Of a DNA stretch of 64,000 nt, positions 49,243 to 58,263 are shown in pieces. Location: assembly GCA_963830915.1 (NCBI GenBank), contig CAWHOE010000027.1:100331-164330 (forward strand). Reading direction: 5' to 3'. The number at the start of each line of letters is the position of its first letter. The first letter of the stretch is position 1. The notes under the pieces are model-generated. The model saw nothing but the letters and a program-made list of their open reading frames with translations, had not been told where the DNA came from and did no database searches. This stretch comes from a candidate division FCPU426 bacterium (lineage in GTDB: Bacteria > Oederibacteriota > Muellerivitia > Muellerivitales > Muellerivitaceae). A program made the translations under genes and the position numbers.

Positions 49243-49281
49243 ATCAACCTCCATAAAAACTTTTAATTCAAAATCCATTTG

Positions 49282-49459
49282 AACCACCATGCCGACCTTC
49301 ATTAAATATTAACGGAGGTCGGTATAGTACCGATTACACAATTTTTTAATTGCTAATCGGCACAAGGGCACCAAGTAAGGCGAAAGATAATATTTTTTGT
49401 TTAAAGCTAAAACCGATTCTGTTTTTTTCTTTCTTGGTGCCCTTGGTGCCTTGGTGGTT
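49282..49459. repeat. REP-like inverted pair (AACCACCAAGG family); left arm interrupted
   Basis: aaccacca|agggcaccaag ... cttggtgcccttggtgccttggtggtt. Confidence 0.8.
49290..49362. mobile_element. 73-bp double-hairpin MITE-like element, copy 2
   Basis: CA-TGCCGACCTTCA...GAGGTCGGTATAGTACCGATT...AATCGGCA-CA. Confidence 0.75.
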
Positions 49460-49480
49460 AAATTAGCTGTGCCTTAGATT

Positions 49481-50557
49481 TTAATTCACCAAACGATAAT
49501 TCGTGTCCCTCTGGTGCGGCTCGAAACCCATCTCGCGGATAAGCCTCTTCATTTCCTCCAGCTCCATCGTGTAATGGGTCCCGGTCGAGGAAACCACGTT
49601 CTCTTCCAGCATGATACTCCCCAGGTCGTTGGCGCCGTACTTCAACCCAAGCTGGCCGATCTTCTTGCCGGGCGTCACCCAGGAAGCCTGCAGGTTGGGC
49701 AGGCAATGGTTGAGGATGACCCGGGCCAGGGCCAGGGTCTTGAGGTATTCCAAACCGCTGGCGCTCTTGAGCCCCAGGCTCTCGTTGCCAGGCTGGTAAA
49801 GCCAGGGGATGAACCCCAGGAACCCGCCCGTATCCTCCTGCACTTCCCTCACCCGGAACATATGCTCGATGCGGTCCTCGACGGTCTCCACATGCCCGAA
49901 CATCATGGTGGCGGTGGACCTCATGCCGAGGGAATGGACGTCCCTCATGACCCCCAGCCACTCGTCGGTGGAGGCTTTCAGGGGCGCGATCTCTTTGCGG
50001 ACCGAATCCACCAATATCTCCGCTCCGCCGCCCGGCATGGAATCCATCCCGGCTTTCTTGAACTCGATGAGGATATCCTTCACGGGCATCTTAAAGACGT
50101 CGGAAAAATGCACCAGCTCGGGGGGCGAAAAGGCGTGCATGGTGATATCCGGGTGGGCCTGTTTGACCTTGGAGAGCAGGTTGACGTACCAATCCAGCTT
50201 CAGGTCCGGGTGGTGCCCGCCTTGCAAGAGGATCTGGGTGGCGCCCAAAGCCTTGGCCTCGGCCACTTTATGGATGATCTTGTCCGCCTCGTTGACGTAG
50301 CCTTCCTTGGTATCGCCCGGCTCCCGGTAGAAAGCGCAGAACTTGCAATTGGTCACGCAGACGTTGGTGTAATTGATGTTGCGGTCGATGAGATAGGTGG
50401 CGATCTTGTCGCCCTTGGTCCTGGTCTTCAAGGTATCGGCCAGGGCGCCCAGGTCGTTCAGGGTGGAGCCGTTGAAAAGCTCCAAAGCCTCCGCCTGGTC
50501 GACCACATGGCCGTCGAGGATCTTTTCTTGGAGGGTATCAATAGCGGCAGTTGTCAT
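49481..50557 (-). CDS. mqnC: Cyclic dehypoxanthine futalosine synthase
   Basis: IDRNINYTNVC...CKFCAF, QILLQGG.HP, PGGGAEIL, TATMMFGHVE, QASWVT.G, GSIMLEENVV. Confidence 0.93.
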   Translation of the reverse strand: MTTAAIDTLQEKILDGHVVDQAEALELFNGSTLNDLGALADTLKTRTKGDKIATYLIDRNINYTNVCVTNCKFCAFYREPGDTKEGYVNEADKIIHKVAEAKALGATQILLQGGHHPDLKLDWYVNLLSKVKQAHPDITMHAFSPPELVHFSDVFKMPVKDILIEFKKAGMDSMPGGGAEILVDSVRKEIAPLKASTDEWLGVMRDVHSLGMRSTATMMFGHVETVEDRIEHMFRVREVQEDTGGFLGFIPWLYQPGNESLGLKSASGLEYLKTLALARVILNHCLPNLQASWVTPGKKIGQLGLKYGANDLGSIMLEENVVSSTGTHYTMELEEMKRLIREMGFEPHQRDTNYRLVN

Positions 50558-50598
50558 TTCTTCAATTTCCTCTTGGTAAGAGTTTGTGCTTTTAAAAA

Positions 50599-50668
50599 GT
50601 CGACCGTTGACAGTCCACAGTCGACAGAATTTCTTTTCAGCCGTTGACTGTCGACCGTCAACTGTCGG
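50599..50668. repeat. Inverted pair of 7-mer tandem repeats (GTCGACC/GTCCACA type)
   Basis: gtcgaccgttgacagtccacagtcgacag ... ccgttgactgtcgaccgtcaactgtcgg. Confidence 0.75.
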
Positions 50669-50675
50669 CTGCCTT

Positions 50676-51587
50676 TTAAAGGATCAACCCCTCTTCCTTC
50701 AGGAGTTTCTGGAATTCCAGTTGGCCTTTCACTTCTTCCGGGCCGTATTCATAGACCACGTACTTTTCCAGGTACTCTTTCGCCTTCGCCCGTTCGAAGA
50801 CCCAGATGCCCTTGTACTGGTCCACGATCTCCTGGTAATGCTTGACCCCCTCGTTCTTGGCGGCCATCAAGTCTTCCTTGATCTCTCGGGCTATCTCGAC
50901 GTTGCGGGCCAGCCAGACGGCATGGATGAAGGGTTTCTGGGTTCGCAGGAACCACTCTTCCCCCAGGTCGGTCACGGTCATGCCGGTGGGCGGGGCGATC
51001 AGGGCCATATCGCCGAATTGCAAGGTGCCCTCCCAGGGCTTGGCTTGGTTGGGATGGAAGGCGGCCATATCCACCGGTTTGACTTCCAGTTTCTTGACGC
51101 CGAACCATCGTTTCAATATCAGCCTGGCCATCAAAACCGAGGTCTGGGAACGGTCATCCACGAAAAGCCTCTCCACATTGCCCAAGGGGCCGTGGGATAG
51201 GATGCGGACGCTCTTGATGGCGCCCTTACTACCGATAGCCGCCACCGGGACGATCTGCAAGGTAGGGTCGAGGAACGAGGCGACGACTGGTGCGATAGCC
51301 ACGTCCAATTGGCCGTCCTTGAGCATCTGTCCCAATTTGCCGGGCGGAATGGGAAAAAGCTGGTGATGGTCTTTCATCCCCCAGACCAAAGGCTGGGAGT
51401 TCAGGAAAGGGACCACCCCGATCTTCATGGGCTTGGCGGTGAAAACCAGGGGTTTGGAGGGCGCGGATACTGGAGTCGCGGCTGGCGTCGCTGTCGGTGC
51501 CGCCGGGGGCGCCGCCACTGGCGCCGGAGTTGGCTGGGGCGCTGGGGCTGGTTGGGCCGCCGGCGGAGTCGGGGTCGTGTCTGTCAT
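50676..51587 (-). CDS. mqnA: Chorismate dehydratase MqnA with a Pro/Ala-rich N-terminal extension
   Basis: IGVVPFLNSQPL, G.IKSV, SQTSVLM, GDMAL, DLGEEW...PF..AVW. Confidence 0.88.
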   Translation of the reverse strand: MTDTTPTPPAAQPAPAPQPTPAPVAAPPAAPTATPAATPVSAPSKPLVFTAKPMKIGVVPFLNSQPLVWGMKDHHQLFPIPPGKLGQMLKDGQLDVAIAPVVASFLDPTLQIVPVAAIGSKGAIKSVRILSHGPLGNVERLFVDDRSQTSVLMARLILKRWFGVKKLEVKPVDMAAFHPNQAKPWEGTLQFGDMALIAPPTGMTVTDLGEEWFLRTQKPFIHAVWLARNVEIAREIKEDLMAAKNEGVKHYQEIVDQYKGIWVFERAKAKEYLEKYVVYEYGPEEVKGQLEFQKLLKEEGLIL

Positions 51588-51632
51588 CTTTTTTCCTTTC
51601 AAGTCTCAAACCAAAAAACCTAAAAAAGTTTT

Positions 51633-51734
51633 ACCACCAAGGGCACCAAGAACACCGAAAGACAATTATTTTATTAAATCCTGAATTCAAATTCCTTTTT
51701 GGTTTTCTTGGTGAACTTGGTGCCCTTGGTGGTT
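51633..51734. repeat. REP-like inverted pair (ACCACCAAGGGCACCAAG family)
   Basis: accaccaagggcaccaag ... cttggtgcccttggtggt. Confidence 0.85.
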
Positions 51735-51745
51735 CAAATTGTTTT

Positions 51746-52870
51746 TTACCTTGCCGTTGCCACAGCGGCTTCTCTTTTGACGGCCTGGTATATCGAGTTC
51801 CTCTCGACGGGGACCCGTCCAGCTTCCCGAATGAGGTTCTTCAAGGCCGTGACCGACATCCCCTCCGGGGTATCGGAGCCGGCCATACGGTAGATATTCT
51901 CTTCGATCACCGTCCCGTCGATATCGTCCACCCCGTAGGAAAGGGAAAGCTGGGCCAGCCTGGGGCCCATCGTCACCCAATAAGCCTTGATGTGGGCGAA
52001 GTTGTCCAGATAGATCCGTCCGACCGCCAGGGTCTTCAGGTCCTCGACGCCGGAGGGCCGGGCGAAATGGTCCATGGCCGTGTGGTCGGGATGAAAGGCC
52101 AGGGGAATGAAGACCTGGAAGCCCCCCGTCTCGTCCTGTGTTTCCCTGACCCGCCGCATATGGTCCACCCGGTGGGAATAATTCTCGATATGGCCGTAGA
52201 GCATGGTGACGTTGGTCTTCAGGCCCAGACGGTGGGCGGTCTTGTGGACCTCCATCCATTGGTTCGCGTCGGCCTTGCCAGGGCAGATCTTCTCCCGGAC
52301 CTCGGGGTGGAATATCTCCGCTCCCCCGCCCGGCATGGAATCCAATCCGGCGCTCTTCAACCGGGAAAGGATCTGTTCGTAGGTCATATTGAACTTGTCT
52401 GCGAAATAGGCGATCTCCACCGCCGTGAAGCATTTCAAGTGCACGGTCGGCACGGTCTTTTTCAGGAGGCGCAGCATGGTCTCGTACCAGTCCAGTTCGT
52501 ACTTGGGATGGAGCCCCCCGACGATATGCAGTTCGGTGATATGTTCCTTCTCGAAGGCCTCGGCGGCCTTCTGGGCGATCTGCTGGTGGGTGAAGGAGAA
52601 GGCGCCTTCCTCGTTCTCGAAACGGGAAAAAGCGCAGAACTTGCAGGTGGTCTCGCAAACGTTGGTGTAATCGATGTGGCGGTTGATGTTGTAGTAGGTG
52701 TTATCGCCGTTCTTGCGTTCCCGCACCAGGTTGGCCATGGCCCCCAGGGTGTGCAGGTCGTTGGTCTCGTAAAGCCTCAGGGCTTCCCCGTCCGTGATAC
52801 GGGTCCCGGACTGGACCTTTTCATAGATATCCCGCAAAGGCGATCGTTCGAGTTGACGTTTTAGAACCAT
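51746..52870 (-). CDS. mqnE: Aminofutalosine synthase
   Basis: NRHIDYTNVC...CKFCAF, ELHIVGGLHP, TAVEI, TMLYGHIE, HIKAYWV. Confidence 0.93.
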   Translation of the reverse strand: MVLKRQLERSPLRDIYEKVQSGTRITDGEALRLYETNDLHTLGAMANLVRERKNGDNTYYNINRHIDYTNVCETTCKFCAFSRFENEEGAFSFTHQQIAQKAAEAFEKEHITELHIVGGLHPKYELDWYETMLRLLKKTVPTVHLKCFTAVEIAYFADKFNMTYEQILSRLKSAGLDSMPGGGAEIFHPEVREKICPGKADANQWMEVHKTAHRLGLKTNVTMLYGHIENYSHRVDHMRRVRETQDETGGFQVFIPLAFHPDHTAMDHFARPSGVEDLKTLAVGRIYLDNFAHIKAYWVTMGPRLAQLSLSYGVDDIDGTVIEENIYRMAGSDTPEGMSVTALKNLIREAGRVPVERNSIYQAVKREAAVATAR

Positions 52871-53745
52871 AGGGTTGCTCCCACGACCGCGAAGTAAAGC
52901 ACCGCGATCCAACCGTTATATTTCAACATATCAGGGGAAAGATGGAACGAGACGACTCCCCTGGTGACCTTGAACTGATAGGCCTTCTTATGCTGATAGA
53001 CCATCACCGCCCCGACCAGGCCCACCCCGATGAAGTAATGTTGGGGAAAACCAGCCTGAAATCCGAAACCGGCCAGGAATACTATCATAAGCGTATGGAA
53101 GATTCGAGAGGCCCAGAGGCTGTTGGCCAGCCCCCAGCGGGTCACCCAGCTGTACAAACCCTCGGCCTTATCGAACTCCATATCCTGCGTGGAATAAAGG
53201 ATATCGAACCCCGCCAGGAAACAGATGACCGCCGCCATCAGCCAGAAAGGCTCCCAGGCGAAGCTTCCCCTGGCCGCCACCCAGGCCCCGACCGGCGCTA
53301 CCCCCAGGGCCAGCCCCAGGAACAGGTGGGAGGTCCAGGTGAACCGCTTGGTGTGGGAATAGAAATAGAGGATGACCAAGACCACCGGCGATAGCTTGAA
53401 GGCCAGGGCGTTGAGAGGCATACAGGCCAGCACGAAACCCAGACCGCTGACAGAGGTGATGACCCTGACCTGCCAAAGTTTGATACGCCCCGCCGGGATA
53501 TCCCGGTTCTTGGTCCTGGGATTCTTGGCGTCCACGTCCGCGTCCACGAATCGATTGTAGGCCATGGCGGTCGTACGGGCCAGAACCATGCAGACCACCA
53601 CCCAGAACAACAGGTGGAGGGATGGCTTCCCCTGGGTGGCCGTCAATAGGCTCGCCAGGGCGAATGGCAGGGCGAATACCGAATGGGGTAGGACCACAAG
53701 ATTGCTGAAGGTCTTTAATGGTTCAAGGATTTTCAGGGTTTTCAA
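52861..53745 (-). CDS. mqnP: UbiA-like prenyltransferase (MqnP)
   Basis: HSVFALPFA, ARTTAMAYNR.VD...DAKNPRT..R.IPAG, YSHTKRFT, GFDILYSTQD. Confidence 0.88.
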   Translation of the reverse strand: MKTLKILEPLKTFSNLVVLPHSVFALPFALASLLTATQGKPSLHLLFWVVVCMVLARTTAMAYNRFVDADVDAKNPRTKNRDIPAGRIKLWQVRVITSVSGLGFVLACMPLNALAFKLSPVVLVILYFYSHTKRFTWTSHLFLGLALGVAPVGAWVAARGSFAWEPFWLMAAVICFLAGFDILYSTQDMEFDKAEGLYSWVTRWGLANSLWASRIFHTLMIVFLAGFGFQAGFPQHYFIGVGLVGAVMVYQHKKAYQFKVTRGVVSFHLSPDMLKYNGWIAVLYFAVVGATLWF

Positions 53746-53765
53746 TTTGGTCCGTTCATATTCGA

Positions 53766-54422
53766 TTAATGGCCTGTGGGGTAGGACCGCGGGCTCGACG
53801 GCTCGGGTGTGGGCGTAGGTGAAACCACAACAACGGGTAATACTGTCGGAACGACCGGCGAAACCGCGGGGATCACCGTCGGCGACACCGCGGGAACTGT
53901 CAAGGCCGTGTGGGTCGCGACCGCCAAATCCATTGTCTGTTCGTTTAGTGTCGGCATCAATGTTGGGGTTGGTTCAGGCGGCATAGCCATGGCGTTCTGG
54001 GGATACATGAATAAAGATTTGAAATCCCCTATCCGAGTTCCAGAGTCGACCCTTACATCGCTAAATTTATTCATGATCATTCCCTCAACCGCGATCACAT
54101 CTCCCGGCTTTGGCGGTGTATCCATTAAGGCAGAAAGACGATTGATCGACACTATAACGTAATAATGTCTCTTCGCGTTTCGCCTGGGTACTAAACCGCA
54201 CATAAAATTTTGTGGGGTTGTGACATAACCATTTTTAGGGGTCAAGGTGTAATAAACGTAGAGTTTCCAGCTTTCGTGGTTCGATGCGTCAATTGGGGAT
54301 GAAGAATCACTAATAGCTGTATATTCCCTGATCGCCTGTTCCAAAGGCACAGGTTGGACATCATCCGCCCAGGCCGGAACTGCCAACAATAACAACGCGG
54401 CTAATACAAATAAACGATTCAT
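53766..54422 (-). CDS. Secreted hypothetical protein with a Pro/Thr/Val-rich tail
   Basis: GGAGG RBS; signal peptide ending AVPAWA; PAVSPT repeats. Confidence 0.75.
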   Translation of the reverse strand: MNRLFVLAALLLLAVPAWADDVQPVPLEQAIREYTAISDSSSPIDASNHESWKLYVYYTLTPKNGYVTTPQNFMCGLVPRRNAKRHYYVIVSINRLSALMDTPPKPGDVIAVEGMIMNKFSDVRVDSGTRIGDFKSLFMYPQNAMAMPPEPTPTLMPTLNEQTMDLAVATHTALTVPAVSPTVIPAVSPVVPTVLPVVVVSPTPTPEPSSPRSYPTGH

Positions 54423-54475
54423 AAAATCCTCCATAAAAAAGTTTCATCCATATTAATAAAGCGCGTCTTACAGAT

Positions 54476-54580
54476 GTATCCCCCCCTTTGAAAAAGGGGG
54501 GTAGGGGGGTATTAGTCGTTTCCGAAATAATCCAGAAAAACTAACTCCCCCTTGTTCCCCCTCTTTCAGAGGGGGATACA
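54476..54580. repeat. Palindromic repeat (CCCCCCTTTGAAAAAGGGGGG type), inverted pair
   Basis: tgtatccccccc...gggggataca outer arms with internal hairpins. Confidence 0.7.
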
Positions 54581-54665
54581 GTGCGACCAACAAATTGACG
54601 GAAGACCAGATCTAGACGCACTATGCGGAAAGGTGTAAAAAGTTCTAATACATATCTAATATTAC

Positions 54666-55259
54666 TTAACTTTTATCCTCAAACTCCTTACTGCTAACTT
54701 GTTCCTTCGTTTCTTCCCTCCAGCGTTTGGAAACCTCAGCATTCACCCCGGCGTGGTCATAGACCCGTGCCACGACCGTGTCCACCAGGTCCTCGATGGT
54801 CTTGGGATTGCCATAAAAACTGGGAGTAGCCGGTATCACATGGGCTCCCGCCAGGGTCAACAGCTCCATGTTCTTGATCTGAATGAGGGATAAGGGGGTT
54901 TCCCGTGGCACCAGGATCAGGGTCCGGCGCTCCTTCAGGAACACTTCCCCCGACCGGGTGATGAGGTTGTCGGCGATGCCGTGGGCCAATTTGCCCAGGG
55001 TCGCGGTTGAACAGGGGATGACCACCATGGCCTCGAACTTGTTGGAACCGCTGGCGCAGGGAGCGGTCAGGTCTTTCTCATCCCACTCACGCACATGAGG
55101 CGGCAGGTTCAGCCCCCCCTCGTGGGAAGCGACCAGGCGGGCTGATTCGGAAACAATGGCGTGGACTTCCCAGTCGTCATAGGGAAAGTGCTGAAAGAAC
55201 CTACGGGCGTAGATGGTGCCGGAGGCTCCCGTGACCGCCACTAGTATTTTCTTGGCCAT
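54666..55259 (-). CDS. ubiX: Flavin prenyltransferase UbiX
   Basis: VAVTGASG, ASGS, PCS..TL, GIADNLITR, LKERR.LILVPRETPL. Confidence 0.93.
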   Translation of the reverse strand: MAKKILVAVTGASGTIYARRFFQHFPYDDWEVHAIVSESARLVASHEGGLNLPPHVREWDEKDLTAPCASGSNKFEAMVVIPCSTATLGKLAHGIADNLITRSGEVFLKERRTLILVPRETPLSLIQIKNMELLTLAGAHVIPATPSFYGNPKTIEDLVDTVVARVYDHAGVNAEVSKRWREETKEQVSSKEFEDKS

Positions 55260-55332
55260 ATTTTCCTTTTTCCCCATTAAAGTTTTTTTAGAATCACTTT
55301 TCAGTTTTACGACATCAAATAACAAGGTTTTC

Positions 55333-55357
55333 TTGGTACCTTGGTGTCTTGGTGGTT
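55333..55357. repeat. Solitary REP-like unit
   Basis: cttggtaccttggtgtcttggtggtt, same family as the unit near 49433. Confidence 0.65.
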
Positions 55358-55642
55358 AAATGTCTAATATTCGTATAATCATTGGGTTATTGAGTCCGTC
55401 AGTATAAACTTTTCATTGAAAGTAAACAGCAGGCAGAACTTGGAATTGAACACTGAAAATTCAGCGATATTTTCAAAAGTTTTCCCTAAAGAACTAAAAA
55501 GCCCGATAATTCAAGGAGTTTATCCAAAGCTGATCAAGGATTGCAACCGTCAAAAACTGCGTTCCTGGGCTTCCTTCCTAATTGAAAACTGGTATCATTT
55601 AGAAGTCGTTGGGAAAGTGCCGCTCAAGAACGGGGAGAAACC

Positions 55643-57088
55643 ATGACTGAGAACAAAAGAGTGCTGTTGGTCCGGCCAGCGCCGGTGATCGATCAGTTCG
55701 GGGACGAGTCTTTCATGCCGTTGGGCATCGCCTACATCGCCGCCGTCCTGGAGCAAGAAGGCTACGAGGTCAGGGTACGGGACCATATCATCGAGCCCCA
55801 GCCCGAGGCCGTCTTCCTTAGGGAGACCCAAGAGTTCAACCCCATCGTCGTCGGCTTTACCGCCGTCACCCCCGTCGTCAACAGCGCCTACCGCCTCAGC
55901 GCCAAGCTCAAGGAGATCATCCCGGGCCTGGTCACCATCATCGGCGGACCCCACGCCACCGCCATGCCGGACGAGGGCCTTTTAAAGGGTCTGGATTACG
56001 TCGTCCGGGGCGAGGGTGAGTTCACCATGCTGGAACTGATGAAGAACCTGACCAACCCCGAGGGCATCCGGGGCCTCTCTTATATGAAGAACGGCCAGCC
56101 TGTGCACAACCCAGACCGCGAGTTCATGTCGGGCGAGGAAATGGACAAGCTGCCTTTCCCGGCCCGCCACCTGTTCCCCGATATCCACCGCTACAAGGGC
56201 CAGGAAGCCCTGGGCAGCAAGGTCCCCTGCGCCAGCATCATGACCTCCCGAGGCTGTCCTTTCGGCTGTAAGTTCTGCTACAAGGCCGTGTTCGGCAAGA
56301 AGTTCCGCGCCCGCACCCCCGAGAACATCGTGGCCGAGATCATCTACCTCAAGGAGACCTACGGGGTCAAGGAAGTCGCCATTGTGGACGATACCTTCAC
56401 CAGCGATGTGAAAAGGGTCATCAAGTTCTGCGACCTGTTGATCGAGAAAAAGGTCAACATGCGCTGGAGCTGTCCCAACGGCATCCGGGTGGACATCGGC
56501 GACCTGGAGATGTTCAAGAAGATGAAGAAGGCCGGCTGTTACCGCACGGCCCTGGGGATCGAGTCCGGCTCCCAGCGCATCCTGGACGATATCGGCAAGC
56601 GCATCACCCTCAAGGAGATCGAGGACACCGTCAGCATGCTCAAGAAGGCCCGCATCAAGACCATGGGCTTTTTCATGCTGGGCAACCTGGGCGAGAACAA
56701 GGAAACCATGCAGGAGACCATCGACTTCGCCATCCGTATCAAGACCGACTACGCCCAGTTCCTGCTGGCCATCCCCTACCCGGGCACGGCCCTTTACGAG
56801 ATCGTGAAGCGGGAGGGCAAGTTCTTCATCGAGAATTGGGACGAGTACGGCCAGTACGAGGGCACAGCGTCCTTCTCGCACAAGGAAGTGACCCCCGAGT
56901 TGATGAAGGAAATGGGCCACAAAGCGTCCCGCCAGTATTACCTGAACCCGGGATACCTGTTCCGCCAGTTCATCAACCCCGAGACCTACGCCTTCCTGCC
57001 CCGGCGCCTGAAGGTCGCCGCCAGGATCATCATGGGGAAGAGGGCGCCTATCGGTGCCGTCAATCTTTTACCAACCTTGGCAAAGTAA
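55643..57088 (+). CDS. B12-binding radical SAM protein
   Basis: PLGIAYIAA, GGPHAT, GEGE, TSRGCPFGCKFC, GIESGSQ, PYPGT. Confidence 0.92.
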   Translation: MTENKRVLLVRPAPVIDQFGDESFMPLGIAYIAAVLEQEGYEVRVRDHIIEPQPEAVFLRETQEFNPIVVGFTAVTPVVNSAYRLSAKLKEIIPGLVTIIGGPHATAMPDEGLLKGLDYVVRGEGEFTMLELMKNLTNPEGIRGLSYMKNGQPVHNPDREFMSGEEMDKLPFPARHLFPDIHRYKGQEALGSKVPCASIMTSRGCPFGCKFCYKAVFGKKFRARTPENIVAEIIYLKETYGVKEVAIVDDTFTSDVKRVIKFCDLLIEKKVNMRWSCPNGIRVDIGDLEMFKKMKKAGCYRTALGIESGSQRILDDIGKRITLKEIEDTVSMLKKARIKTMGFFMLGNLGENKETMQETIDFAIRIKTDYAQFLLAIPYPGTALYEIVKREGKFFIENWDEYGQYEGTASFSHKEVTPELMKEMGHKASRQYYLNPGYLFRQFINPETYAFLPRRLKVAARIIMGKRAPIGAVNLLPTLAK

Positions 57089-57099
57089 CACTTTTAATT

Positions 57100-57137
57100 A
57101 AAAAAGGGTCTTACGGTTTTCCGTAAGACCCTTTTTT
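57100..57137. terminator. Bidirectional intrinsic terminator
   Basis: AAAAAAGGGTCTTACGG-TTTT-CCGTAAGACCCTTTTTT. Confidence 0.85.
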
Positions 57138-57156
57138 ATTTCCACCTGGATCCAAA

Positions 57157-57489
57157 TCAAAGAATTGAAATGACGCTTAGATCCGGATTGGAATCCAGTT
57201 GCTGGATGAACTCCGAATCCCTTCGGATCAATTGCTCAATTTCGATGGTCGAGCAATTACCACGCCGGACCCAGACCACTTTCGGGGGATAACCCAAGGC
57301 CATGCTCATTTCACCGTAATCGGCGTCTTTTGAGACGATGGTAAATCCTCCGGTTTTGGCGAATTGCCAAACCTCGATGTCCAAGGCTTTTCCAAGACCG
57401 GACAAATGAACATGGGTTGAATCCGGAAAAAGGTCTTTGAGTTTTTCAACCAATTTTGGCGAAAGATTCTGATCGAATATCAACTTCAT
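57157..57489 (-). CDS. DUF5615 PIN-like toxin
   Basis: MKLIFDQNLSP...D.EVW.FAK...IVSKDADY...PPKVVWVR.GNCST. Confidence 0.88.
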   Translation of the reverse strand: MKLIFDQNLSPKLVEKLKDLFPDSTHVHLSGLGKALDIEVWQFAKTGGFTIVSKDADYGEMSMALGYPPKVVWVRRGNCSTIEIEQLIRRDSEFIQQLDSNPDLSVISIL

Positions 57490-57710
57490 GGTTGGATGGC
57501 GAGGCTGTGACGTTCTCTTTCAGCCGCGTAGCTGAGGCAGGCGCGGATATCTTCCTCGACGAGGTAGGGAAAATCCTTCAATATTTGGTCTGGGGTCATA
57601 CCGGAAGCGAGATATTCCAAAACATCATAAACCGTGACCCGTAAACCTCGGATACAAGGCTTACCACCCCTTTTGCCGGGTTCCATCGTGATGATTTTGT
57701 TGAAATCCAT
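57486..57710 (-). CDS. DUF433 antitoxin
   Basis: PGKRGGKPCIRGLRVTVYDVLEYLASGMT...DFP.L..EDIRACL. Confidence 0.9.
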   Translation of the reverse strand: MDFNKIITMEPGKRGGKPCIRGLRVTVYDVLEYLASGMTPDQILKDFPYLVEEDIRACLSYAAERERHSLAIQP

Positions 57711-57804
57711 GGAATTTCCCTCCGTAGATTCAATCATAGAGGCGCTCATTCCATCCCGTCAAGCCTGTCTCCTGAAAACCATCCAGAGTAAGCCTACTGA
57801 CCGG

Positions 57805-57864
57805 TTAAATATCCAAAAGTTGCTTCGGCATGAAGATCCGGATGCCAATAAAAACCCTGTTATC
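57805..57864 (-). pseudogene. Probable C-terminal remnant of a PIN toxin
   Basis: DNRVFIGIRIFMPKQLLDI* resembles the PIN terminal F.GI.I.TP..F motif and lies directly after an RHH gene. Confidence 0.45.
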
Positions 57865-57889
57865 CGCGAATGCTTTATGGATGGCCGGT

Positions 57890-58126
57890 TTATGTTCTTC
57901 GGACCTCAGCGATGGCCGCATCCACATCAGAAGGTTTCAATTTTTTCTTTTTGGCCTGCTGGTCCCCATACAATAATATTTTTTCCCTGATCTGCACTTT
58001 GTCCAAATAAGCTTGAACCGCGACCCGTATCAATTCCGAGCGGCTGCGGTCTTCCTTTTTGGCTTCCCTGTCAACTTTATGCAACAAGCCAGTAGGTAAT
58101 GATAATTTGATGGTCGCTGCGAGCAT
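57890..58126 (-). CDS. CopG/RHH antitoxin-like protein
   Basis: IKLSLP..LL..VD..AK.E.RSRSELIR.A...DVDAAIAEVR. Confidence 0.8.
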   Translation of the reverse strand: MLAATIKLSLPTGLLHKVDREAKKEDRSRSELIRVAVQAYLDKVQIREKILLYGDQQAKKKKLKPSDVDAAIAEVRRT

Positions 58127-58206
58127 AAGCCTCTCAAAATCCAAGAATTTTCAAAACGCACATGTTGGATTTATTCCAATTTAACGCATTTGAAAGAACA
58201 ATAAAT

Positions 58207-58244
58207 AAAAAAAGGGGCCTCCGTTAACCGGGGTCCCTTTTTTT
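58207..58244. terminator. Intrinsic terminator after adk
   Basis: A-tract, GC-rich stem-loop, T-tract. Confidence 0.65.
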
Positions 58245-58263
58245 ACAGCCAACAGCTTTTTAA

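Noticed and set aside
49243..49480. PreQ1 riboswitch upstream of queF
   Set aside because: The interval is occupied by the REP pair and the mini-element, and I could not see a preQ1 consensus
4753..55357. Short repeats as a CRISPR array
   Set aside because: They are dispersed inverted pairs, not direct repeats with regular spacers, and no cas genes are present
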